Origin: an uncultured bacterium
Lineage (GTDB): Bacteria; Omnitrophota; Omnitrophia; Omnitrophales; Aquincolibacteriaceae
DNA length: 64,000 nucleotides
NCBI GenBank assembly: GCA_964606385.1
Contig: CAZSFZ010000004.1
Location: 47,344 to 111,343 of the forward strand
Direction of reading: 5' to 3'
Positions 46,417 through 56,114 of this stretch are shown here, piece by piece (position 1 is the first letter of the stretch; every line of letters starts with the position of its first letter). The position numbers were made by a program, and so were the translations under genes. The notes beneath the pieces were generated by a model, which searched no databases, was not told the origin of the DNA, and worked only from the letters and a program-made list of their open reading frames with translations.

Positions 46417-47535
46417 ATGCCTGATTATCCGAGAATCCTTGAAAAACGCCTGAATGGCGAACGCCTTTCTCCGGAGGAGGGGCAGGAGCTTTATGGCTGC
46501 GATCTTTTAACGCTGGGTCAGGCCGCCCAAAAGCTTACCCGGCGGCTCATGCCAAATGCGGTGACCTTTGTCGTGGACCGCAATATCAGTTATACAAATG
46601 TTTGCACGATCGGCTGCGATTTCTGCGCCTTTCATTGTTCTCCCGACGCTCCTGAGGCCTATGTGCTATCCCGGGATCAAATTCTTGAGAAAGTCCGTGA
46701 GCTGGCCGAACTCGGGGGGACCCAGGTCCTGATCCAGGGCGGCATCCATCCGGATCTTGGTCTCGATGACTATCTTGATGTGGTCGGGGCCATTCATCAA
46801 AAATTCCCAAAGATCCACATTCATTCGTTTTCCGCGATCGAGATGGATGTGCTCGCGAAAAAAAGCGGCATTTCTTTACCCGAGCTTTTCCGGAGGTTCA
46901 AAGAGGCAGGCCTTAGTTCTCTGCCGGGAGGCGGAGCGGAGATCCTGGTGGAACGGGTCCGGAAACGGATCAGTCCCGCAAAGATATCCTCCGAGCGATG
47001 GCTGGAGGTCATGAGGACGGCGCATGAGGCGGGGCTGAAGTCGACGGCCACCATGGTATTCGGGCATGTCGAAACCAAAGAAGAACGCATCACGCATCTG
47101 GTCCGGCTGCGTGCATTGCAGGATGAAACGAAGGGCTTCCGGGCGTTCATTCCCTGGAGCTTCGTCCCACCCAAAAATACCTCCGAGGTGAAATCGGGTG
47201 AGCGGCACGCCACACCCCGGGGGTGGAGTATGGCGGGGCTGTCTTCCGTCGGGGGCGATGATTATCTCAAAACCGTGGCGATCTCAAGGCTCATGCTCGA
47301 CAATATCGAACACATCCAAAGCGGCTGGCTGACCGAGGGGATGAAGCTCGGGCAGATCGCGCTTGCGTTCGGCTGCGATGACATGGGCGGGACATTGATC
47401 GAAGATAAGGTGTTGGAGCCGACCGGCATCAAGGTCCGCACGCGCCGGGAAGACCTGATCCGGCTGATCCGGGATGCGGGTTTTATTCCGGTCCAGCGGG
47501 ATACCCACTATAACAAGGTCAGGATCTGCGGATGA
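46417..47535 (+). CDS. Radical SAM menaquinone biosynthesis enzyme (MqnC/MqnE family)
   Basis: CxxxCxxC cluster CTIGCDFCAF. About 370 aa TIM-barrel radical SAM. Context with mqnA. Confidence 0.7.
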   Translation: MPDYPRILEKRLNGERLSPEEGQELYGCDLLTLGQAAQKLTRRLMPNAVTFVVDRNISYTNVCTIGCDFCAFHCSPDAPEAYVLSRDQILEKVRELAELGGTQVLIQGGIHPDLGLDDYLDVVGAIHQKFPKIHIHSFSAIEMDVLAKKSGISLPELFRRFKEAGLSSLPGGGAEILVERVRKRISPAKISSERWLEVMRTAHEAGLKSTATMVFGHVETKEERITHLVRLRALQDETKGFRAFIPWSFVPPKNTSEVKSGERHATPRGWSMAGLSSVGGDDYLKTVAISRLMLDNIEHIQSGWLTEGMKLGQIALAFGCDDMGGTLIEDKVLEPTGIKVRTRREDLIRLIRDAGFIPVQRDTHYNKVRICG

Positions 47536-48026
47536 AGATCACGGCTGTATCGGGTCCTGAAGCGATTGAGAGGGTCTCGCGCCTGGCGGGGGAGATATGG
47601 CCGGAACACTATGCGCCGATCGTGGGGCCTGATCAGGTCGCGTATATGCTTCAAAAGTTCCAGACACCGGAGGCGATCGCCGCGAGTATCGAGGACGGCA
47701 CGCTTTATTATCTTGTTCAGATCCGCGGCAAGGATGCGGGATACCTCGCGGTCCGCGCCCAAAAAGATCAGGACGAATTATTCTTGAGCAAGATCTACCT
47801 GAGAGCGGATGAGCGGGGCGAAGGTTTCGGCCGCCGGATGCTGGATTTTGCGGAAACGCTCGCCGGGAAAATGAACCTGTCAAAGATCGGCCTGAAGGTC
47901 CATAAAAAGAACCCCAGCGTACGGATCTATGAGAAAATGGGTTTTAGGATCACCGAACCGGTCACCCAGGATATCGGGGGCGGGTTCATCCTTGATGATT
48001 TTAAAATGGAGAAGATCCTTTCATGA
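47532..48026 (+). CDS. GNAT family N-acetyltransferase
   Basis: Motif A region RGEGFGRRMLDFAE and a ~160 aa size. Confidence 0.6.
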   Translation: MKITAVSGPEAIERVSRLAGEIWPEHYAPIVGPDQVAYMLQKFQTPEAIAASIEDGTLYYLVQIRGKDAGYLAVRAQKDQDELFLSKIYLRADERGEGFGRRMLDFAETLAGKMNLSKIGLKVHKKNPSVRIYEKMGFRITEPVTQDIGGGFILDDFKMEKILS

Positions 48027-48733
48027 CAGAGCGGAATTATATTTCTCCCGATAAAAAATTTATCCGGGACGCTTTTGATTCGATCACGCCGCGTTATGAT
48101 CAGTTGAACCAGATCCTGAGTTTCGGGATGTCGGAGGCATGGCGCAAGAAATCCGCCAAGATCATTCTCGCCGATCCCGGTTTTTCTCCCAAAACGATCC
48201 TCGATCTCGGTTGCGGGACGGGGAAGTTCCTGGATTGTTTCCTGCGAAGCAGGTCCTGGGAAAACGCGACCGGGGTGGATTTTTCGGTCTCCATGCTTCA
48301 AAAAGCGCGCGAGACGGTCCGGGGGAATGTCCTGTGGCTTCAGGAAGATTTTGAAAGCCTGCCATTCCTTGAATCGAGTTTTGATCTCGTGATCTCAGGG
48401 TTCACGCTCCGCAGTGTTCAGAAGCTTCCCGAATTCCTGACGGGTGTTCACCGTGTCCTGACCCCGGGTGGGAAGGCGGCATTTCTCGACCTGACAAGAC
48501 CCAGGAATTTTTGGATCCGGCTCTTTTTTTATCCTTATGTGAAATTCATCCTACCGTTCTTAGGTTGGCTTATCTCGGGTCAGCTGAAGGCCTATGGCTT
48601 TCTTTCGGGATCCGTCCGGCAATTCCAGCCTCCGGAAGAAACGGTCAAGGCGATGCAGGCGGCCGGATTCAGGGACCTTACGACTAAAAGCTTTGCTTTT
48701 GGGTCCGCTACGCTTATCATAGGGCGAAAATAA
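48023..48733 (+). CDS. ubiE: Class I SAM-dependent methyltransferase (UbiE/MenG-like demethylmenaquinone methyltransferase)
   Basis: SAM motif I ILDLGCGTGKF. N-terminal FDSITPRYDQLNQILS, typical of UbiE/MenG. Confidence 0.7.
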   Translation: MTERNYISPDKKFIRDAFDSITPRYDQLNQILSFGMSEAWRKKSAKIILADPGFSPKTILDLGCGTGKFLDCFLRSRSWENATGVDFSVSMLQKARETVRGNVLWLQEDFESLPFLESSFDLVISGFTLRSVQKLPEFLTGVHRVLTPGGKAAFLDLTRPRNFWIRLFFYPYVKFILPFLGWLISGQLKAYGFLSGSVRQFQPPEETVKAMQAAGFRDLTTKSFAFGSATLIIGRK

Positions 48734-48741
48734 CCCCGAAC

Positions 48742-49200
48742 ATGACGACTCCAGACGAAAAAATCACACAATTGGGACTGTCTTTGCCCCCCGCGCCGAA
48801 ACCTTTGGGGATCTATAAGCCATTCGTGGTTTCAGGAAAACTGGCATTCCTGAGCGGCCAGATCTCCAAAGACGCCGACGGCAAGGTTTTGACTGGGAAG
48901 GTTGGGAAAGAACTTTCCTTGGACCAAGGAAAGGCGGCGGCGAGACTTGCGGCGCTCAATGCCTTGAGCATCATGAAGCACTTGATCGGTTTTGAAAAGA
49001 TCGAACGGGTCGTCAAAATGACGGGTTTTGTGAATGCCGCGCCTGATTTTTATGAGATCCCCGCGGTAGTCAATGGAGCCTCGGAACTATTGGCGGAGGT
49101 TTTCGGGGAAGCGGGGTCTCATGCACGGTCGGCCGTTGGGATGGCCAGCCTTCCGATGAACGCCGCGGTCGAGATCGAGCTTGTCGTAGAACTCAAATAA
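48742..49200 (+). CDS. ridA: RidA/YjgF-family protein
   Basis: About 150 aa with the RidA C-terminal region (ARSAVGMASLPMNAAVEIE). Confidence 0.7.
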   Translation: MTTPDEKITQLGLSLPPAPKPLGIYKPFVVSGKLAFLSGQISKDADGKVLTGKVGKELSLDQGKAAARLAALNALSIMKHLIGFEKIERVVKMTGFVNAAPDFYEIPAVVNGASELLAEVFGEAGSHARSAVGMASLPMNAAVEIELVVELK

Positions 49201-49214
49201 CAGAAAGGTCTTTC

Positions 49215-50099
49215 GTGAAAGGTTTTTTAAAATTCATTGCGATCTTTGGGGCGATCTTGATCCTGAGCGCGGCTTTGGCGCCGCTTTTTTACTATTTTTT
49301 CCAGACATTCCATCCCTACAAATTCGAGCGGATCTTCCAACGGATCGTGATGATCCTCTCTCTTGTCGCGGTCGCCTTTTTCGTCCGGGTCAAAAAAGAA
49401 ACCCTCGTAAGCTACGGGATCCTCTGGAAGCCGCAAAGCCTTGGGCTTCTTTTGAAGGGATTCCTGCTCGGCATGCTCGTCTTGGGAACGGTGGGAGTGC
49501 TCCGGGTGATCTTCGGCAAAGCGGTTTTTGATCCCGACACTTTTACCGTATGGCAATGGGCCGGGAAATTCTTTGCGGCGCTGGCGACCGGCCTTTTGAT
49601 CGGGGTCATGGAAGAGTTCTTCTTCCGGGGTTTTATTTTCCGCTCGCTCATGCATCTCCTGAAGAACCGCGTGTTCCTGAGCGTTCTCATTACGACTTCG
49701 TTCTACGCGATCATTCATTTCATCGGGATGAAAAAGATCTTTGTCGATTCCACCCCGGATTTCATCGATGGCCTGCGACTGATCGGCGCGCCTTTTCTCT
49801 CGCTCGCGCAATGGCCGCAATTTTGGCCGGAGGCGGTCGGTCTTTTCATGTTCGGCCTGGCCCTGAACGGCGCCGCCTACAAAAGCGGCTCTCTTTATCC
49901 GTCGATCGGGCTCCACGCGGGTTGTGTTTTTTTTGTGAAGCTTGACGATTCCTTTCTTCAGTTCCATTCTGACCGGACTTTTTTCTGGGGCTCCAAGATC
50001 CTCTATGACGGTCTCATGGGATGGCTCTTTTTGGGATTGATGGCGCTCATCCTGTGGACGATGCTCAAACCCTCCGGGTCTTCGGCTCCCCAAGGCTAG
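49215..50099 (+). CDS. CPBP-family (CAAX) intramembrane metalloprotease
   Basis: Motif 1 GVMEEFFFRGF, motif 2 FYAIIHF, multiple TM helices. GTG start. Confidence 0.7.
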   Translation: MKGFLKFIAIFGAILILSAALAPLFYYFFQTFHPYKFERIFQRIVMILSLVAVAFFVRVKKETLVSYGILWKPQSLGLLLKGFLLGMLVLGTVGVLRVIFGKAVFDPDTFTVWQWAGKFFAALATGLLIGVMEEFFFRGFIFRSLMHLLKNRVFLSVLITTSFYAIIHFIGMKKIFVDSTPDFIDGLRLIGAPFLSLAQWPQFWPEAVGLFMFGLALNGAAYKSGSLYPSIGLHAGCVFFVKLDDSFLQFHSDRTFFWGSKILYDGLMGWLFLGLMALILWTMLKPSGSSAPQG

Positions 50100-50101
50100 C
50101 C

Positions 50102-51142
50102 GTGACCACTTTCAACAAGATCACCCGCGAGAAGATCCTCGAGTGCCTGAAAGGCGTTCAAGAGCCTGTGCTCAAGGATGACATTATCTCCCTGGGGCTT
50201 GTGCGCGAGATCGAGATCGATAAGAACCGTGCTTTTATTCATCTGGAATCCTCGCTTGAGGATCCGGAGCTTGTCGAGAGGTTACGCCAGGCGATCTTGG
50301 ATACCGTGCGCGCCGCCGGGGCCAGTGAATGCGATGTTCATTTTTCGGGGCCATCTGAAAAGCAGAATGATAAATCGAAATGCGGCGTGAGCGCTTCCGC
50401 GATCCAGCCGATCCCCGGGGTGAAGCACGTGATCGCCGTCGCGAGCGGGAAGGGCGGTGTCGGAAAATCGACCGTGGCCGTGAATCTGGCGCTTGCTTTA
50501 AAACAGCTGGGCGCCAGGGTGGGTTTGATGGACGCGGATATCTATGGCCCGAATATTCCCATCATGCTGGGGATCTCGCCGGACAAGCGTCCTGGCGGGG
50601 ATGTCCAAGCGAAGATCCTGCCGCTTGAGGCGCATGGCGTGAAAGCGATCTCGATCGGATTTTTTACGAACCCCGAACAGCCGGTGATCTGGCGCGGGCC
50701 CATGCTTCACAAGACAATGGAGCAGTTCCTGCACCGGGTCGATTGGGGAGAGCTTGATTATCTTGTGGTGGACCTACCGCCAGGGACGGGGGATGTGCAG
50801 CTTTCCCTTTCGCAATGGGTCCATTTGTCGGGCGCGGTGGTGGTGACCACGCCGCAGGAAGTGGCTTTAAGCGATGTGCGGAAAGCCGTGAACATGTTCC
50901 GTCAGTTGGAAGTTTCGATCCTGGGCGTTGTGGAAAATATGACCGGTGCGATCTTTGGGCGCGGCGGCGGAGAAAAGATGGCGGAAGTATTCCAGATCCC
51001 TTTTCTCGGGGATATTCCTCTCGAGGCGCAAGTGCGGGAATGCGGGGATTCGGGGCTTCCGGTCGTGGCGGGGTATCCCAAAAGTTCTGTCAGTGAAAAG
51101 TTCGTGAAGATCGCGGAAGCGGTCCGTAAAGTCTTAAAATAA
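50102..51142 (+). CDS. apbC: Mrp/NBP35-family Fe-S cluster carrier ATPase (ApbC)
   Basis: N-terminal DUF59-like segment, then deviant Walker A VASGKGGVGKSTVAVNLA. GTG 50102, just after the CPBP stop, is preferred over ORF-track 50021. Confidence 0.8.
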   Translation: MTTFNKITREKILECLKGVQEPVLKDDIISLGLVREIEIDKNRAFIHLESSLEDPELVERLRQAILDTVRAAGASECDVHFSGPSEKQNDKSKCGVSASAIQPIPGVKHVIAVASGKGGVGKSTVAVNLALALKQLGARVGLMDADIYGPNIPIMLGISPDKRPGGDVQAKILPLEAHGVKAISIGFFTNPEQPVIWRGPMLHKTMEQFLHRVDWGELDYLVVDLPPGTGDVQLSLSQWVHLSGAVVVTTPQEVALSDVRKAVNMFRQLEVSILGVVENMTGAIFGRGGGEKMAEVFQIPFLGDIPLEAQVRECGDSGLPVVAGYPKSSVSEKFVKIAEAVRKVLK

Positions 51143-51157
51143 AATCTCGAGGATCCC

Positions 51158-51748
51158 ATGAAAAAACAAAAGAATTCGCAGGGTGAGGATAAATTTGAAG
51201 GATTGGTCCGGGACATGCTCAGGCTTTTGGGCGAGGATCCCAAACGTGAGGGCCTGCAAAGGACCCCAGTGCGCGTCGCAAAGTCGCTTCGGTACCTGAC
51301 CCAGGGCTATCAGAATGATGCCAAGGAGATCCTGGCTCACGCGGTCTTCAAGGAGCCTTACGATGAAATGGTGATCGTGAAGGATGTCGAGATCTTCTCA
51401 CTCTGTGAACACCACCTGCTGCCTTTTTATGGTAAAGCCCATGTTGCTTATATTCCCAACGGAAAGATCATCGGGCTTTCCAAGATCCCGCGCCTTGTCG
51501 AGGTGTTCTCGAGGAGGCTTCAGGTCCAGGAACGGCTTACGACCCAGATCGCGGAATGCCTGATGGATGCCTTAAAACCCAAGGGGGTGGCGGTCGTGAT
51601 CGAGGCGCTGCATCTTTGCATGTCCATGCGCGGCGTCAAAAAAGCCGACGCTTATACCATCACGAGCTCCATGCTTGGAGCCTTCCGCAGGGACGCCCGC
51701 TCCCGAAGTGAGTTCTTGAGCCTGATCCGGCTGAAAAGGGAAGAGTAA
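51158..51748 (+). CDS. folE: GTP cyclohydrolase I
   Basis: [35 protein letters not shown] core motif. Confidence 0.9.
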   Translation: MKKQKNSQGEDKFEGLVRDMLRLLGEDPKREGLQRTPVRVAKSLRYLTQGYQNDAKEILAHAVFKEPYDEMVIVKDVEIFSLCEHHLLPFYGKAHVAYIPNGKIIGLSKIPRLVEVFSRRLQVQERLTTQIAECLMDALKPKGVAVVIEALHLCMSMRGVKKADAYTITSSMLGAFRRDARSRSEFLSLIRLKREE

Positions 51749-51754
51749 ATATCA

Positions 51755-51806
51755 GTGCCACGGGCGCACGGGCCAAGGTCCACGACGTGGTGCGTGGATC
51801 GCGGGG
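51755..51806. repeat. Family-2 palindromic element between folE and lpxD (convergent)
   Basis: gtgccacgggcgcacgggccaaggtccacgacgtggtgcgtggatcgcgg. Confidence 0.6.
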
Positions 51807-51813
51807 AGGATCT

Positions 51814-52857
51814 TTAGGAAGTTTTTTCTAGTTTCTTTTCCAATTCCGCGACTTTTTTCTTGAGAGCGCGGACATCCTCGAGGGTTTCCGCGGCGCGAAG
51901 CTGGGCGCCGATCTGGCGGCGGGCTTCGGCGTAAGGGCGCGCGGGCTGACCGAAGACGATCTGCTTGCCGGGGACTTTCTTGTTGGAAGGGAATCCGGCG
52001 CCGGCTCCGACCATGGTCCAGTCGCCGATCTCCACGTGATCTCCTACCCCGACACTGCCGCCCATCGTGACGTGGGAACCGATCTTGCAGCTTCCCGAAA
52101 TGCCGGTTTGAGCCGAAATGACCGTGTGAGGTCCCAACACGACATTGTGGGCGATCTGCACGAGGTTGTCGATCTTGCAGCCTTTGCCGATACGCGTGGA
52201 GCCGATCGCCGCGCGATCCACCGTGACACAGGCGCCGATCTCCACATCATCTTCGATCACGACGTTACCGATCTGAGGGAGCTTTTCATGCGCGGCCGGT
52301 GTCGCGACATAACCGAAACCATCCGCTCCGATGACCGAACCTGCGTGAATGATGACCTTCGCACCCAACTCACAGTTCTCATAGAGCGTCACATTCGGGT
52401 GGATCACGGAATCCGCGCCGATCTTGACGTTCTCACCGATGAAGACATGCGAACAAAGGACCGTGTTGTCGCCGATCACGGCATTTTCACCGATCGTGAC
52501 AAAAGGTTCGACCGTAACGTTCTTGCCGAGTTTTGCCGTTTTGGCGATGGAGGCTTGAGGGGAGACCGTCCCCGGGAATTTCCGGGCAGGGAAGAGCTCC
52601 CGGAGGATCTGCGCCCAGGCCCGCTTGGGGTACTCGACCTGAATAAGGACTTTGGAAGATTTCGCGATCTGCTTGGGGACGATCATGCAGGCGATCTCGG
52701 AGGATTCAAGGGCATTGAAGCCGCGTTCGTCCTGCACAAATGAAATATGCCCTTTGAGCGGGTTTTCGAAGTTCGTAATACCTTCGATCACCATGGAGGC
52801 ATTCCCGATCACCGTACCGCCGATAAGGTCCGCGAATTCCTGAACAGTTTTTTTCAT
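51814..52857 (-). CDS. lpxD: UDP-3-O-acylglucosamine N-acyltransferase
   Basis: LpxD N-terminal domain ([11 protein letters not shown]) then a long hexapeptide-repeat beta-helix. C-terminal coiled coil. Confidence 0.85.
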   Translation of the reverse strand: MKKTVQEFADLIGGTVIGNASMVIEGITNFENPLKGHISFVQDERGFNALESSEIACMIVPKQIAKSSKVLIQVEYPKRAWAQILRELFPARKFPGTVSPQASIAKTAKLGKNVTVEPFVTIGENAVIGDNTVLCSHVFIGENVKIGADSVIHPNVTLYENCELGAKVIIHAGSVIGADGFGYVATPAAHEKLPQIGNVVIEDDVEIGACVTVDRAAIGSTRIGKGCKIDNLVQIAHNVVLGPHTVISAQTGISGSCKIGSHVTMGGSVGVGDHVEIGDWTMVGAGAGFPSNKKVPGKQIVFGQPARPYAEARRQIGAQLRAAETLEDVRALKKKVAELEKKLEKTS

Positions 52858-52976
52858 AGGGGAGCAAGTATAACAAGAAGAACAGACGTCTTCAAAATGA
52901 ATTTTATATAAAGAGTTATGGTTTTAATCTATAATTCAAATCGTCTTTAACAATATTTAAATCGGAGGAAATTGAA

Positions 52977-53249
52977 ATGACCAAAGAACAGATTAACTAT
53001 CTGCTGGCGCTCGCAACGCTTTTTGTCGTCTGGCTTTATTTCAATACTTTTTATGCTAATGCAGCAAAGAGGGGGTATAGTGGGAATCCTCTTGCTGGAT
53101 TAAAAGCCGTTGTCGCTAAAGCTCCTAATGCTCCTGTCTTTCCCAAAATTCCTGAGGCACCTTTCACGAAGATATCCCAAGTCAATAGAGCTGACGCGCC
53201 AGCGTCTGCAATCCCCGTGATGCCAGCCGGCGACGCGGATAAAAGCTAG
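52977..53249 (+). CDS. Small membrane protein of unknown function (90 aa)
   Basis: Strong RBS GGAGGA 8 nt upstream. One TM helix (LLALATLFVVWLYF), then a Pro/Ala-rich tail. Confidence 0.45.
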   Translation: MTKEQINYLLALATLFVVWLYFNTFYANAAKRGYSGNPLAGLKAVVAKAPNAPVFPKIPEAPFTKISQVNRADAPASAIPVMPAGDADKS

Positions 53250-53325
53250 TTTCTTTTTTAACGTTGATTTATGAAGGGACCCAAAGAAGTTAAAAAGCGG
53301 CAGGCTGGATTTTCGGCCTGTTTTG

Positions 53326-54000
53326 CTAAGGGTTGTTTTCTTCCGGAGAATCGGAGTTAGAAGGTTCTTCCTGGGGAGCTTCGGGAAGGGCAAGATAATC
53401 TTCCAGATTGGCGCGGTTGTTCACGTCACTCGTCCACGTCATGAAATCGAGTCGTTGTTTTTCGGCCGCCTCTTCCTTGGCCTTTGTGTCCGTCAGTTGG
53501 TCGTAGCCCGGAGGGACAAAACTCGCGATCTGGATGCGTAAGAGTTTCTGGATGCGCATGAACTCCCGGAGCCCTTCCTCGAATTCCCGCGGGGAGATGT
53601 GCAGGGTCCGGGTAAGCCAGATCTTGTACTGTTCTTCGTTCGCGTTGACCAATCCCTGGTCCTTCAGGATCTTGGCGATCTCTTTCTGGACCTCGTCATC
53701 CGAGATCTTGATGCCTTTCCGTTTGGCTTCACGCGAGTAGATGATGTTTTGCCACGTGTAATCACGCAAGATCTCGGGGTCGTCAGCCGCTTTTTCGGTG
53801 GGCATGAAAAGCTGCGTGGAGCGGTAGAATTGGTTGTATTCCTGGAATGTGACCGGCTTGCCGAAGGCCTTGCCCGCGTATCGGCCGTCCTTCTTGTTCG
53901 TGACCAGGTCCACAATCGAGCCAGCCCCAAAGAGAAGGGCAAGCGCCACGACCGTGATCCAGACAATGGCTTTTGTGTTGCTGCGTAGCACCTTGAGCAT
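53326..54000 (-). CDS. SurA-N-domain (PpiD/SurA-like) periplasmic chaperone, membrane-anchored
   Basis: N-terminal anchor (AIVWITVVALALLF) then a SurA_N-type helical domain. Internal ATG at 54000 (MLKVLRS) chosen. The ORF-track extension to 54105 translates AT-rich promoter DNA. Confidence 0.6.
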   Translation of the reverse strand: MLKVLRSNTKAIVWITVVALALLFGAGSIVDLVTNKKDGRYAGKAFGKPVTFQEYNQFYRSTQLFMPTEKAADDPEILRDYTWQNIIYSREAKRKGIKISDDEVQKEIAKILKDQGLVNANEEQYKIWLTRTLHISPREFEEGLREFMRIQKLLRIQIASFVPPGYDQLTDTKAKEEAAEKQRLDFMTWTSDVNNRANLEDYLALPEAPQEEPSNSDSPEENNP

Positions 54001-54155
54001 AACTGCGGATACTGTAGCATAAGAAAAAATGCGGAGAAAGTAAAAATATGTAGAAAGTATGCGAAAAAAGTGCCGAAAACAACTTAGTATGTATTTCCAT
54101 AGCAACTTTCGATAAAACTATTGAAATGGTCTTGGGGGCCATATATCATTACTGT

Positions 54156-54638
54156 ATGAACGCTAAAGGGTTATCGCTTGTCGAGATCGTTGCGAGCATC
54201 GTCGTTTTGTCAGTCATTGCCCTCGGAGCCACAGCGACAGTTACGGTAGTGAATAGTGATCAGGTTCGGATGGCCGGGGGCAGCACCCTTGAACTTCAGG
54301 CGCTCAGTTTCGCGCGACAAACGATTGAAGAGCTTCGAAACGATGTGAGGGGCACGACTGAAGAGATGTGGTATGCGAACAATTCCACGGCTTGGAGTTT
54401 GGCCGATAATAGTTACGCGATACCGTGCACTTCAGCTCTTGGTCAACCATGCGGAGTGGGGACATGGTATACCCCCCAGGGTGCTGGATTTGTGAACGGG
54501 CTTCCCCCGGGCAACCTCGCGACTCGCGGAGGCCGGAGGCGTTATCTTGTACAAGATATGTCTACCGGGGTCGGTACTGCCGGCATGGACGTTGCATATA
54601 AACGAATCATAGTGCAGGTGGACCAATGGGCCGATTGA
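54156..54638 (+). CDS. Prepilin-type (type IV pilin / pseudopilin) protein
   Basis: Short basic leader MNAK, then G|LSLVEIVASIVVLSVIAL (class III signal, Glu+5). Confidence 0.65.
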   Translation: MNAKGLSLVEIVASIVVLSVIALGATATVTVVNSDQVRMAGGSTLELQALSFARQTIEELRNDVRGTTEEMWYANNSTAWSLADNSYAIPCTSALGQPCGVGTWYTPQGAGFVNGLPPGNLATRGGRRRYLVQDMSTGVGTAGMDVAYKRIIVQVDQWAD

Positions 54639-55246
54639 AGAGAGCCTCCTCAGGTTTTACTCTCCTGGAGCTGGTCATTGCTTCGACGTTGGCTTTCATA
54701 GTGATCCTTGCAGCTTCCAACCTTCTCATCAACTTTGGCCGCTTTACTTCCACGACCATCCGCGCGGAAGCCACTCTGATGGATGCCGCTCTTGCCGCAG
54801 TTGAAGATGTTGTGGCTTGCATCAATGGGGCGAACGCGGTATCGATTATTCCGGACGGTCAGCTTGCCGCCCGCCCCGCCGGCTGCGTCGGCAGTAGTTG
54901 CATTCAGGTCCGAACGGATCAAAAAATGCCGCTCGGGTGTGTTGGTAACAACTGCAGTTACTCCCCAACTGATTTCACGAATGATGTGGTTCACACTTAT
55001 TGGCGGGAGTTTCTTAACAACAATTGGGCCATACGGTATTCATCGCGGAATTTGGTGAATAATACAACTGTCGGGCCGATCTCTCTAGCCGATAGAGGCA
55101 TTACAAGCCTCAGTTTTGCGCGCAACGCGGCGGACAGGAACAAAATCACGATCACTTTAATAGTACAAGCCGCCAGCGGTCCGTCAGGCGCCCTGTCTAC
55201 TGAGAACCTGGTTACGACTGCTACGATGCGGGGGGCGACGGGATAA
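54626..55246 (+). CDS. Prepilin-type protein
   Basis: MGRLKRASSG|FTLLELVIASTLAFIVIL. 4-nt overlap with the upstream pilin gene. Confidence 0.65.
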   Translation: MGRLKRASSGFTLLELVIASTLAFIVILAASNLLINFGRFTSTTIRAEATLMDAALAAVEDVVACINGANAVSIIPDGQLAARPAGCVGSSCIQVRTDQKMPLGCVGNNCSYSPTDFTNDVVHTYWREFLNNNWAIRYSSRNLVNNTTVGPISLADRGITSLSFARNAADRNKITITLIVQAASGPSGALSTENLVTTATMRGATG

Positions 55247-55250
55247 ACTT

Positions 55251-55610
55251 ATGTCCAGAGGTTTTGCTTTGATCACTGTTTTGGCTGTTGCGATCATGGT
55301 TGCGTTGGGAGCCGCCACGGTGCTTCAGTCCATGTCAAGCTATGGCGTCATGAAAGCGACGACCATTAAAGAGACGCAATTTAAATACCTTGCTGAGGCG
55401 GCCATGCAGCATGCTCTTTATCGATGCAGGACCAATACGAACGGTTGTGCCGCGGGATTATTGACTTGTTGTGTTAATGAGTCTAATTTTACTGTCAATA
55501 CCACCGTGAACGGCGTTTCTGTTAATATACCGGCACCTATTTCAATTGCGAATGTGGGCTCGGGTACGAGAGAAGTGAATACTACAATTCAATATGCGGA
55601 GAGTTACTAA
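55251..55610 (+). CDS. Pilin-like protein lacking Glu+5 (GspK/PilX-like minor pseudopilin?)
   Basis: MSRG|FALITVLAVAIMVAL hydrophobic N-terminus without the conserved Glu. Four Cys in the C-terminal part. Confidence 0.5.
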   Translation: MSRGFALITVLAVAIMVALGAATVLQSMSSYGVMKATTIKETQFKYLAEAAMQHALYRCRTNTNGCAAGLLTCCVNESNFTVNTTVNGVSVNIPAPISIANVGSGTREVNTTIQYAESY

Positions 55611-55652
55611 CGGGGCGAAGAACGACTAAAACCACCTTAAGGGGAGGAAGTT

Positions 55653-56048
55653 ATGAGCGTCCGGAGAGGGTTCACGTTAACTGAAATTATCGTCACCATC
55701 GCCATCGTGGCTGTGATCGCGGTGGTCGCATTGCCCAATTTCACCAAAGCCCGGCAGAGAGCCTCGGCAAGGCAAGCGGCGGATTATTTGCGGACTATCG
55801 CCACCGCTGAGAAGCTGTATTACGCAAAATGGAAATCGTTTATTGGCCTCCCCAATGCCGCTACAATTCAGGGGCTGACCGGCGCGGAAGTCAGTTCAAG
55901 AGATTTTAACTTTGCGGTAGCAGCAACTCCCACCAGCTTTACCGCAACGGCTACGAGGATAGGCGGTAGCGGCGGGACGATTACGTTAAATCAGAACGAT
56001 GCCTGGGGAGCAACAGGTTCTGAATCGAGATATTTGCCGCAAGGGTAA
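55653..56048 (+). CDS. Type IV pilin (PilA/GspG-like)
   Basis: MSVRRG|FTLTEIIVTIAIVAVIAVVALPNF. About 130 aa. Confidence 0.75.
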   Translation: MSVRRGFTLTEIIVTIAIVAVIAVVALPNFTKARQRASARQAADYLRTIATAEKLYYAKWKSFIGLPNAATIQGLTGAEVSSRDFNFAVAATPTSFTATATRIGGSGGTITLNQNDAWGATGSESRYLPQG

Positions 56049-56114
56049 GACCCAAAGCGGAATTTTGAAAAGGATATTCGCGGTCTATTCCCCGCGAAGG
56101 AAGCGGGGGCGCGC

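Noticed and set aside
50021-50101. ORF-track start for mrp/apbC
   Set aside because: Overlaps the CPBP protease gene by 79 nt. GTG 50102, immediately after its stop, begins at the DUF59-like N-terminus.
54001-54105. N-terminal extension of the SurA-like ORF (MLWKYILSCFRHFF...)
   Set aside because: Translates an AT-rich divergent promoter region. The internal ATG at 54000 gives a normal signal-anchor N-terminus.
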